From Nitrospirales bacterium (GTDB taxonomy: Bacteria > Nitrospirota > Nitrospiria > Nitrospirales > UBA8639), in assembly GCA_965203295.1 (NCBI GenBank), contig CBDBCZ010000010.1:64001-128000 (forward strand): 64,000 bases of DNA. The letters run 5' to 3'. Below, in pieces: positions 13,872 through 25,100 of the stretch (within the stretch, counting starts at the first letter, position 1; the number at the start of each line of letters is the position of its first letter). Made by a program: the position numbers and the translations under genes. The notes beneath the pieces are model-generated. The model made no database searches. It was given only the letters and a program-made list of their open reading frames with translations, and was not told the origin of the DNA.

Positions 13872-15209
13872 ATGGCAGTTGCTGAGTGTACCGCTGGAGT
13901 CGAAGATGACCCTTTCGCTAATTTTGGCATGGAAGAGTGGCTTGAAGAATGCCCAAATGAGCAAACTCTAGGCGAGCTTTGCGACGCAGAAGTAGAGCAG
14001 TTTATTCAAGACGGCAGGGCTTCCAACACCGTGAAAAAAACGAAGAGCGACTTGAAGGTGTGGTATAGATGGTGCGAAAGCGTCAGTGAAAAGCGTAAAC
14101 TGGAAGCAGTCCCAACTGAAGAACTAAACAGACTGCTTATGCACTTCTTTCACAAAATAAAAAAGCGCAATGGACAAGACTATGAACCTGAAACGCTTAC
14201 CAGCTACGAACGTAGCTTTGACCGACACCTTGGAAACATGGGACAGCAGCGGAGTATAATCGCAGACCGAGAGTTTTCTGGAGCACGAGAGGCACTGAAA
14301 GTACGGAGAAAGCAATTGAGGCTGAGTGGGAAAGGTTGTAGGTGAAATGCAGCCGAGCCACTTACCTTTCTTGAAGAGCAAAAGCTATGGGAGACTAAAC
14401 AACTAGGACAGCACTCACCTCGAGCACTTCAGCATACAGTGTGGTTCTATAACACCATGCACTTTGGATGGAGAGGCTGGGATGAGCATCGGCGAGCGTG
14501 CTATGGGGATTTTGTTTTGGGAACAAATGAAGAACAAGAGTATGTGGAGTTTTGTATCGAAAGGGGAACAAAGACGCGAACTGGTGGTGACAGTGGAGAG
14601 ACCCTGCGTGCTTTCAATCCAAGGATGTATGCCACAGGAACAGACAAATGTCCTGTATCCGTCTTCAGGAAATTCCTCGAGAAGAGACCACCACATGCAT
14701 GCAACCCAGATTCACCCCTGTATTTAACTGTCGCAAATGTTGTCACTAGTGACGTTTGGTATAAAAATCAACCACTTGGAAAAGAAACCCTTGGAAAGTT
14801 CATGAAAACAATGGCAGATGGTGCAGGTCTGGAAGGGCGCAAGACTAATCACAGTGCGAGAAAAACTATGATCTGTCGCCTTGTGGATAAGAATGTCAAT
14901 CCTCTGCATATTGCCCAACTGAGTGGCCATAAAAACCTCAAAAGTCTAGACTCCTACTCCAAAGCATCAGAAGTGCAGCAGAAAGCAATGTCCCATATTC
15001 TGAGTGGAAGCAAGTCAGTGTGTAGAGACCTTACCAATGTGGACTTCCAGACACGAAGTACAACCGATTTGTCCTCGGCTGTTGCAGCAGGCATCTCATG
15101 CATTCAGCAATCTTTGCCAACACCTACTGCCCCAGGGTCAATTCTACCTGGATTAACGATACATGGAGAAACAGTGAACTTTTACTTCAACCAGCTATCT
15201 GCATCTTAG
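13872..15209 (+). pseudogene. Crypton-type tyrosine recombinase (DUF3504/QRICH1-ZMYM-like), one in-frame TGA at 14343-14345
   Basis: The two ORFs share one frame: NTVKKTKSDL..W, KKRNGQDYEPETL, GKGCR*NAAEPLT, GWRG (R), NHSARKT (HxxR), SGHKNLKSLDSY (H...Y). Confidence 0.9.
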
Positions 15210-15395
15210 AACACAGCTACTGTTACTTGCCAACCAAAGAAGCGTAGAGTCATGGTTTTTAGTGACGATGAAGACTAACGAAAGTGGTGTACATGTAGCA
15301 CTATATACTACAACTGATATTCTTATGTTTATGTAATGTGATAATTGTATATTGTATACTGCTTTGTCGCCAATAAGGATTATAATAAATCTATC

Positions 15396-15525
15396 ATTAC
15401 ACTCGGGAGAGGGTAATATTGCTAGGCATTGCACTCTTGTGTAGTATTTTCCCTCACCTTCGGCTCGGGAAAATACCTACACACTCGTGCAATACCTAGC
15501 CATATTACCCTCTCACTCATGTAAT
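15396..15525. repeat. Long imperfect hairpin at the Crypton 3' end
   Basis: Arms ATTAC..GAGAGGGTAATATTGCTAGGCATTGCAC..GTAGTATTTTCCC / GGGAAAATAC..GTGCAATACCTAGCCATATTACCCTCTC..GTAAT around a CTTCGG loop. GGTAATATT also occurs upstream of the ORF at about 13759. Confidence 0.85.
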
Positions 15526-15549
15526 AATATTAATATATATATGTATTAA

Positions 15550-17064
15550 CCCTTTACCGACCAATGACGACTATAGTCGTCATTATGTAATACCCCCTTC
15601 CCGACCAATGACGACTATAGTCGTCATAAGCTTAGAAACGCTTTGCGATCGGCAAAAGTGCACTGTAGGGAGATCCCCTTTGGAAGTGACGACATCATCA
15701 CAAGCAAGGGCTTTCATTTCAACCGTATTTTGCAGGGGCTTCCCCAGTGAAATCGCGAGATAATATATTATACAATGAACAACATCGGCTATGTAAGTAC
15801 AATGACAGTTGGACGCCTCAAGGAGGCTCTAAGAACAGCAAACTTTATCCTAAATCTTTGCAGTGGAGCTAGTACTGCTGGTGCATCCTTCATGGCCATC
15901 TGTGTTGGTAAGATCTGTGTGTAACTGCCGGTGATATCGGCCGTCCGACACTATCATCATGAAATTTTTGTTATTTTCAGGGCATGTACAGCTATCTGGA
16001 TGATTGGGTGTGGCTGGAAGGAGAGAGAAAGTAGCTGAGACAACTGCAGAGCAGTGGAGAGTAGCTACATTACTTCACCAGATGTATGGGAGCAGCCAGG
16101 ACCATGCAATTCCAGTGAAACCTCACTGATCGATCCTCGTACCCGGGAGGCACGGCAAATACTGGACCCCTGTAGTGATATCAGCTTGTGATACACCATT
16201 GCAGATATTGTTTATGAACTGATATGTGAATTTGCATAGCTATTTGGCTAACGACGCCAAAATGAAGCTCAAGGAGTCTTCTCTCTCAATCTGCGCAGTT
16301 TTCGGCACAAACCTTGCTCCTTTCTTTAGCTAGAGATCGAGAAACGCTATGCGCTCCCGTACTTGTGCACAAATTAAATTCCTGTGGTAATTACCGTAAC
16401 GTAATGCATTAACCCTTTAAACCCTGTAGACGTCTACACACGTCATAAATATTGAACGTTTACATTACCGTAGACGCGTGTACACGTCACTGAATATGAT
16501 CGAGACTCTACCGGAAAGTGACGCTCCAGGGAGATCCCCACTGTGGTTAGTGACGCTCCAGCGGACAGATTCTTTCATTTTAGCACTATTTTCAGGGACT
16601 TACCCAGGCAGATCACGAGAAAATCCGCAATGAATAACATCTGTTCACGAACCGATAAAATATAGAGCAGAATTCTAGGCTATTGTACAGCAGTAGCAGT
16701 TCGAAAATATGGCTAGCAGTCACCTACAATACCGCTACAAGTTTATGGACGTCTTGTCCTTCAGGGCGTCATTCGCGAAGTGGCGATGATATTTAATTAT
16801 TGTTCGGTATCGAAAATCCGCTGCCGCTTGGCACTTTCCTTCCGACAATCATGCTTGAATCCGACATCAAATGAAAGCTTGGGAGCTCTTCTCTTCAGTT
16901 CTGCTGAGAGTTTAGTCCAAGTCATCTCCCGTCTTTTATTACAAAGCCATAAACCGAACATACTACCGTCCTCGTGCCGTAATTAAATTATTCTGGTAAT
17001 TGACTGACGTAATGCGCATGCGCAATACGGGATATAAAGGGTTAACGGAACGGTCGATAAAGAG
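15550..17064. mobile_element. piggyBac-type MITE (outer), interrupted by a related MITE
   Basis: TTAA(15546-49)+CCCTTTACCGACC on the left, GGTCGATAAAGAG+TTCA on the right. Duplicated subterminal palindrome GACGACTATAGTCGTC. Confidence 0.75.
16413..17041. mobile_element. piggyBac-type MITE (inner, nested)
   Basis: TTAA at 16409-12 and 17042-45 with CCCTTTA...TAAAGGG termini. Internal similarity to the outer MITE. A further inverted partial copy lies at about 18140-18370. Confidence 0.85.
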
Positions 17065-18031
17065 TTCATCAGGTTGCAGGTGTGGTCATTAAATCGGTTA
17101 AGGTGCTTAAATCTACATCTTTGTTCCGAGAAAGTTTAAACCTTGAATGTAACAAGTAGTCAGGCCAAGGTATCTTTGAATGTTAGAAATGTTTTCCTCA
17201 ATCAATCAACACCAGGGATAATGACCAAAGTTCACGTTTTGAGTGGGTTATCGTTTAAGGTAGTATCTTTTGAATTTATTGTCCGAGCACTCTCAATTTT
17301 TTTTACAAAACTATTAAAGAGTTGATACAAATATACCACTATTCAAACAATTCATGAGTTTTACTGTTCTGTCAGAAATTTTTTTTTTCGTCTGCGCAGG
17401 CATTTTTAGCCATTTTGATTGCGTATTTTGACGTTTTTCACTCATCATATGACTTATGATGACGATTGCGCAAACCCCACCTACAGTAGCGACATGGACA
17501 CGCTACTTGTGTCCAGTGAAGCTACGGCTAGAGAGACGCAAAACTAGCTTACAGAAGGCCTGTACAGCTGAACGCAAACAATTTTCCGTGGATAGTTTTT
17601 CTCCCCCACCCCGTCACTCGTGTGTTTATCGCAAGAGCAGCGATGCGTTCGTTATCGGCCCTGCTGCTGTGGCGGTCTCTCCGTGTAACAGAGTAGGTTC
17701 GTAACAGTATCGGGTGTTCCATCGATATTGTTCATGAGCAATAGACTGTAGCTTGGTGTAAACTGCGCGAGTATCGAGTTTAGTAAGAAAAAGTCTCTAT
17801 GGTTACGGCATTTCTGTGACACAAAAAATCCGTGACGTCAAATAAACATGGCCGCTAAGTACGGCAGTCTATGGAAGACTTAGCGAAAAAGTACTTTAGT
17901 GTCAGTCCACAGCCTTATTTATCAAGTAGCTAGGCTTATGAACAGTTATCATAAGTATCTACAGTCATTTTTTAAAGTAAAATTAACAGAAACTGCCTGC
18001 AGAGAAAATCTACTCTTTAGATTCTGAGCGC

Positions 18032-18062
<31 letters not shown>

Positions 18063-18469
18063 CTTCGATGTCCAGTATGCACTGAAACAAAAGCCTTCTA
18101 GTTGTAAGCTGGATCTCTTTAATTACCGTATTACGCGTCGTTTTACGTCACTTAATTACCATTACCACAAAAATTTAATTAGGCTACAAGCGTGGCTGTA
18201 CGAACCGTTGTCAGTTTTGTACGGAGAAAAGGGAGTTTTGAACTGACCTTTTTACAGAACTGAAGGGAGCAGCTCTCAAGCTTCGATTTGATGTCTGATT
18301 CAAGCGTGGTTGGACTGTCGGAAAGTCGAAAGTAGCAGGAGTCTTCTCGATACCGAACGATATTATTAACCCTTTGGCTTCCGAGAGCGCCAAATGGCGC
18401 TCTTAAAATGCCTTGTCTTATCAGCCACGTAGTGCCGCGTAGAACGCAGCAGCCCCAACGATCATATCC

Positions 18470-18752
18470 TGTTTACTTTGCGCATGTATTGACCTCTGTA
18501 CTGATACATATTTAATCAATATTCATAGCTTCCTGTACAGATATAACAACCACAAAAATGTTGCTCTCGTGCGCTATTGCGCTAGTCCGTGTGGTAACTT
18601 GTCTGGTCGGTGGTAACTTGTCTGGTCGGTGCTGCCTTCTGGTCTTCTCAGTTTCTGTAGGTTCTCTATGTCTGTAACCCGTCTGTGCATCTCCAGAGCC
18701 TATTCTATACTGTAGCTACTGCCTATCAGTCATCATACTCGGTGCTTTAGCG
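18470..18752 (+). repeat. About 280-bp dispersed repeat, direct copy at 56492-56753
   Basis: TGTTTACTTTGCGCATGTATTGACCTCTGTACTGAT...CATCATACTCGGTGCTTTAGC is nearly identical in both places. It follows a TTAACCCTTTG piggyBac-like end at about 18366. Confidence 0.9.
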
Positions 18753-19083
18753 AACTATCCTGCTCAGCCAAAAAATTGTATCAAGAAGTTTGCCGCGAAA
18801 ACGATCATTTCTCACATTTCATTAATTGCTCTCACCTTTGGTACGTGCTAATCAAAATCTTGTGCACGCTTGTACTTGTTCAGTAAATTAATCCTACTTC
18901 CTGTCATCACATTACGTCATGCATCAACTGCTGTCACTTGTACTAGTAGCTGTACCATCATTGCTATCACTCGCCCTATAAAACTCAGCTCAGCTATGGA
19001 GTTGTATAGTATTTTGAAAGTTAGATTTCGAGATTATGGCTTCCTACTCGTTGTGTACAAAGGAGAGAAAGAACTACCGGGGG

Positions 19084-19710
19084 ATGGCTGAAGTCCGCCT
19101 ACCGAGACCCGAGAGGGTAAGCAATGCCAACAAGCTTTACCCGATTGAAGTATTAGAAAGAGATGGCGGGAGGGTAAAGATCCGTTACGTCGGCCACAGC
19201 AGCATTCACGACGAATGGCGCAGTGAAGAAGACGTCAGCGCAATTGGTGCTCCTGGTGCGCTCCAGATGGAACAGTACCACCCCTTCTGCCACTACAAGG
19301 AGTTGGCCTACGCTATTAAAGCAGCGCTCAGGAGTACACTACCAAGGCGGGATCCTGATGTAAGAATTGAAGTACCCTTTGATGAACTGTTCTATAATGG
19401 GGGTCTGAAGCAAGCTGGATCTTTTGTTTGGTCATTTCGGGGAAATGAAGTGTACTGAATCCAGTCGTACAGTGATCTTGTACCACTACTGGGAAAGTGG
19501 TGGTACATTCGGGTTTTCAATGAGCAGCAGGACTTTTGTGCGGCTAAGCTAGAGACTGTTTTGTTTCATCTTAGTCGTCGAGCTGAGCTGAAAGAGTTCT
19601 CCCCAGACGATGGAACCCTAACTCCATTGAAGGGTGGCTCCGTGCTCACGTTCAAGTTTGTAAGAGTAGACGGAGGGCGTCAACTGCAAGACTACCTGGA
19701 TATGAACTAG
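19084..19710 (+). pseudogene. Chromo-barrel/Tudor-knot-like protein with an unknown C-terminal domain; in-frame TGA at 19456-19458
   Basis: LYPIEVLERDGGRVKIRYVGHSSIHDEW fits the chromo-barrel pattern (V.I.Y.G....DEW). The frame stays open after the stop: IQSYSDLVPLLGKWWYIRVFN...FKFVRVDG...*. Confidence 0.6.
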
Positions 19711-19784
19711 GAATTACTGACTGTACTATTCAGACATTGAAACAGTGTTATTATATGTATACATTCATGACATTATGCAGCATA

Positions 19785-22050
19785 AAAAAGCACTTTGCCA
19801 AAAAGTGCGAAAACAAGACATGTAGGGATGCACTTCCACCAAAAAACACTTCCCCAAAAACCAATGAAACAAGCGACAGTGCACACCGTAATGCATGCAC
19901 AGACTACCCACACATTTACCGCGTAGCTATCATCCCTACATCTTTCCAACCACACCCACCACAATTGTGTACTACGTGAGATGTGGATAGTGGTGGTTTA
20001 ATTTGTTGTGTGTGTTGTGTATGAGTGAGTATGTTGGAAGGCATATAGCTGAAAGTGTTAATTGTGTACGTACATGTTGGACTAGTGAGTCATTGAGAGG
20101 GAGTCATTATGGTATAGGACCTGAATGTTTGCATTGTTATACATGGTAGAGTGTTAAGAAGTTGTGAGATGTTTGTGTGTGCAGGTTCTCTGTAGGGGAG
20201 GTCTATGTGGGTGTGTTTGGTAATTGGTTGTCAACTTTGTTAGGTGTGTTGTATGGTGGGTTGTGTTTGTTGTGCGTGTTAGTGGCAGTGTGGAGCTGTG
20301 AGGAATTACTCTGCTTGGCCTTGGTTTATGCTTGTGAACGTGGGATTTATGGAGCCAAGTGCTTTTTTGATAGGAGTAGTACTAGTGTTCCTGTGGAATT
20401 TTGGGTTGGTTGTAGTGTGTGGTGTTAATTGGGTTTTGTGAAGTATTCAATGATTGTGGATAAGGATACTGAGGTGGTTGGATGGAGACGAGGTGTCATG
20501 GTTGATGGTGATACTTGGATTGTTGTTTGTTGAGGGAAGTATTGGGTGTGCGGTTGAGTGTGGGGGCGTGGTATAGATTGTGGTGGGTGTGGTTGGAAAG
20601 ATGTAGGGATGGTAGCTACGCGGTAAATGTGTGGGTAGTCTGTTCATACATTACGGTGTGCACTGTCGCTTGTTTCATTGGTTTTTGGGGAAGTGTTTTT
20701 TGGTGGAAGTGCATCCCTACATGTCTTGTTTTTGCACTTTTTGGCAAAGTGCTTTTTCTGTAACTTGTTTTGGGGCATTTTTTTGAGAGGTGGTAGCAAA
20801 TGTGTAGGTGTAAATGTGCATAGTGGATGGTATTGGAATGGAAAGTGTTTGAGAATGGTGCGCGTAGTATATGTTTCAATTTATACTCCAGTCAGCATCA
20901 GAAAGGCCTTCGCCTGCATGTGCATGGGGAAGAAGGTCTCTAGCTTGTCAGGGTCAGCTATGTAACTGGCACGTGAAGCTGCCCTTTTCTTGTCAGTGTC
21001 AGCACTATAGCTAGCACGGGAAGCTGCTAGGCTAGTAGCTGCCTTTATACTTAGTCAGTTTTGAATGTACCATTTATTCTGGGCCCTTTTGTTCCTCTAC
21101 ATGCTAAGCACATCGCAATTCCAAAACCAGCACACATGAAATGAATAAGAGAACCTTGAATTCATGTACTTTCACACTTCCACTCGAGAGCAAAAGGACC
21201 GAACAGCACAAATCAAGGGCAGGCAGGCAGTCTGCGCATGCGTATCCCACAATACAACGGTGCGTGAGTGGTAAGCATCCACTCGAGAGTACTCGTTATC
21301 ACTGCTAAACTGATCAGAGTTTCATTGAAAACAGCGCACGTGAATAAGTGGTAGCTAGCTAGGGCTCATATTAGCCATATACTACACCTACAGCAGATCG
21401 AGTTCTGAGTATGTCATTTTGTACACATTTAAAGGGGATGCAGTGTTTTTTGGTGGAAGTGCATCCCTACATGTCTTGTTTTTGCACTTTTTGGCAAATC
21501 ACTGCTGAACCTATTCGATGCCTTTTTTCAGAGCCATCACTACATATGGAATAGTTCTGTACACCATGAAAATGAACTGCAAATTATTACCAAGGACATG
21601 TATTGATTTATATTGCAGTTTCTAAGTGCCTGCCCCCTCCAGAAGAGTAAGTGAGGGGGTATCCAGACTGTAGGGGTTGTCCAGATGTGATAAGCCTCAC
21701 TTCCAATTGACTTATCTGCCCGTGTTTGTATTCATAGCAAGCCAACAACAGTCGCTCACAATAGATAACAAAGACAGACAGAAAGGTTTAGCATTTCCGG
21801 ACCACTCCACCATTCGGACAACCCCTCACTTAGCTGCCATCGTCTGGCCCGCGAGACTATAGCTGCCATACTACTCATCCCATTCTTAAAACAGTACCTC
21901 TGACCAGAAGCCGTTTGGACTTGGGCCAAACAACAGATACTCAACCATGTGAGTATTCTAGCTAAAAGTTCGCATGACTTACGCAGTGGAGATGCAGTAC
22001 AGGCTCGGACAGCTACACGATCAAAAGTAGGCGTTAAATAGACAAACACG
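19785..22050 (-). mobile_element. Composite CA-rich repeat element with an internal inversion; rearranged copy at 32550-33820
   Basis: 19785-19965 is the inverted copy of 20577-20760. Blocks shared with 32550-33820. The minus strand at 20940-21030 encodes AASRASYSADTDKKRAASRASYIADPDK repeats. Confidence 0.75.
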
Positions 22051-22129
22051 TAAAGTCATTAAATGGGGCGGTACTAAAACCCGGAACGGAACGGAACAGT
22101 AGTCATTAAACCAGGTATTAAAAAAAATT

Positions 22130-25100
22130 TTTTTAATGGAACTAACAAGGCAATACAATACAATACAATACAATACAATACATATTACAAAACAAAACCA
22201 CAGAAAACTAAACTAAATGACCCCGTCCACCCAGGCAGACTGGGTAGGGGTCCTCTGGACCCACATTGAGGCATTGCCCTTCCATAGAGCGATCGAAAGT
22301 CTCTGGAAGAGGTGGCGGGTAGTCGTCGCAGGTGGTGCCCCAGAGCGTTGGCCCAGGAGGCGCCCTATTCGGGAGATGTTATGGGCCGCCTCATCACTCC
22401 AGCCCCCCAGAGATTCTATCACGAGCGGGATGAAGACCACGCCCACAGACTGGCACGCCGCGCTGTGGGCGGTCATCTTCCGCTCCTCCGCGACCCTCAG
22501 GGCATGCCCCTGAGAAGCCGCGGCACCAGCCAGAGTGAGGGACTGCAACGTGGAGATCACGGTAACGTCCAGGGCGGCAGGGCGTCCCCCACACCAGTTG
22601 GGGAGGAAAATGTCGGCGGGACGGCTACTGGATCCTGGAATTAGGGATGGAACCTCCTTCCTCGGGGCGAGAGCAGCTGATTGAGCCGCCGTGAATAGGG
22701 TGTCCCTGAGGCTGTCGTGCCTGTGAATCCGGTCTCCATTCCCCCCACATCCCACCTGGTGGTCACCCAACGGATCGGCTGCTCTCTCACCCACGCAGAG
22801 GGGGCATCTCGAAGCTCCACTGCTCATCCTCAGCCCAAGCCAGTAGTCCATGCACAGCCGGAATTCCCGGTCATGAAGGTGGAGCCCAAGGGAGGAGGAA
22901 GGGACCACATTCAGCCAGTCTCCAGCATGGGGGAGTGCGGTTGAGAGGGCTAGGGCGCGAGACCTGGTGTCAGGGGCAGAGACAAGGAGAGAGTTGTAGG
23001 AAGCCTCGTCGATGCTGCGAGAGAGGGAACGCTGATGAAGAGGAACATCGAAGTCGTCCACTGATACCCAAGCCGGCATCTCTGCCGCAGAAGCCAGCTC
23101 AGAGACTGCGTCAGCGAGGTGAGTGGAGGGGGTAGGCGGGCGGCCCATGATCTCAGCGATCAGATGGCCCGACTGTGCTAGTGAGCTGATGTAGGCCGCA
23201 GGGGCGTGGCGGTTGGCAGACCTGATGTTGAGGCCACCGAGCGAGCTTGGGAGGGATGCCTTAAGCCAAGCCCAGTCAGACAAGGGTCCTCCAGCTAGGT
23301 CGGATAAACACTCCCGCATCAAAGCATCGAAAGCTGATGTGGCTGGCCGAATGTAGGAAGGAGGACAAGACCTCAGGGCAAAATTAATCTTCGGCATAGC
23401 CAGGCAGGAGCGAAGAAGGGTTGTCTCCATCTGGGAGTCCTCAAGATCGTGCAACCTGTCAATCAAGGATCTGATCTTTTCTACCCTCATCATGACGGTA
23501 GACTCACAAAAAGGGACAGGACCAACAGGGGAACCCAAGAGGCGGAAGCCCGATCTGGAGATGGGAATCTCAGCAGGGAGGGGGTTGTGAGAGAAGTCGG
23601 CATCTTCTGGGATGTGGAGGAGTGACTTCAGCCGGTTCAGATTCAGCCCCCTGGCCGGGCCATCTTCTTCCACGATCTTAAGGGCTCTCAGCAGATCGTC
23701 AGGAGTGCCACACAGGGTTCCGTCATCCAAGTACCAGGCATTGATGAGCAGGTGTGGCACCTCTCTCTTGATGCGCTCCACAACGGGGTGAAGGGTCAAG
23801 GCAAAACACAGGGGACCGAGGGGATCACCTTGCTGGACTCCACACCGGCTAAGGATGGTGTGATCACCAAAATGTAGTAGTGGTTCAGCACCATAACAGC
23901 TCTCTACCCAGGCGGCAAGGCCCGGAATACGGGCTCTGACTTCCTCAAACATGCGGGCACGACTGATGCTGTTAAAAGCATTAGAGAAGTCTAGCAGCAG
24001 TGTCCAGCAGGAGTCTGGGGAGAGGCTGTGGTCATCCAGAGTGCGCGAGACGGAATGAACAATGGCTTCGCAGCCGACCTTCACCCCCACTCCTAGCTGT
24101 AAGGGAGTAAGGACCCGCAGGGCATCCTCTTGGACTGAACGGGAGAGACACTTGGAGGTCAGGCGACGCAGGACCTCTCCCACAGCAATAGGTCGGTGGC
24201 CCCCTCCCTTCTTCAGGCATGCCAGCAGAGTGGCACCGCAGAGGTGGAGGATCACCTCAGGGGGGGCCCTCCCTGAGCAGAGGTGGTTTACTGTCGCCGT
24301 GACCGCGAGAAGGGCCTTGTTGCCCCGGTCAGGGCAGGGGCAGAACACTGCTTCCTTAAAATGGTTAGCCCTGAAGAGTGATGGCCCAGGAGCGGAATCA
24401 CCAGGGAAGGAACGCAGGGCGCTGGTGACAGCAGCTTCATTGATAGTGATGGGTGGAGGAGGGAGAGATGATGGGGTGGGAGGAAGGGGGGACTGTGGAT
24501 GCTTAGTCAACATCTCATCCAAGACCTCTGAGGAGGCAGGGGCGAGCCCATCAGAGGACAGTGCCTGTAAACCTTTCCGGTACTGGCCGGCCTCGACAGC
24601 ACGCTTGGCCCGTCTGATATTAGAGGCCCGGAGGACATTGGGATCGGGGTGTAAGTGTTTCTTGGGCTTTCTGCGAAGCTGGCTGATCTTCTCGGCAGCC
24701 ACAAAATCAGACCACAGGCCCAGGATGTCCCCAGACTGCCACTTCCCGATACGGGCCCTCACGGTCTTAAGTGTCTCACGCCAGGGTTGGCGGCCACCAT
24801 TGGGTGGGTTTGCAAGGATGCAGCGAGGGAGCATGAACAACTTGCGCCAGTTCTCAGTGATGGACGGATCTCTATTGATGTTGCTGAAGGTGTCGTAGAT
24901 CAGCCCTGCCCAGGCATCCCTGGCCCCTTTAGGGACATGATGGAGAGTGGAGGATCTAGAAGAGAAGATCGAGCTCCAAGAAGGGAGGGAAGGGATGGGA
25001 GGGGAGGCAGAAGGCAGTGGAGGGGGCCGAGGTAGGCAGAGAGTGCTTGCGGGGGAGTTATTGGCGGCACTCGTGCAGGTGGTGGGAGGAGCAGAGGAAC

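Noticed and set aside
14343..14345. In-frame TGA codons as selenocysteine or an alternative code
   Set aside because: They do not fall at recognisable Cys/Trp motif positions, TAA/TAG stops and frameshifts occur equally, and TGA ends other ORFs normally.
17099..18030. Possible Kolobok-like element starting TTAAGGTGCT
   Set aside because: No convincing matching right TIR found.
24062..24898. 278-aa antisense ORF within the CRE RT
   Set aside because: Typical shadow ORF of GC-rich coding sequence, with no motifs.
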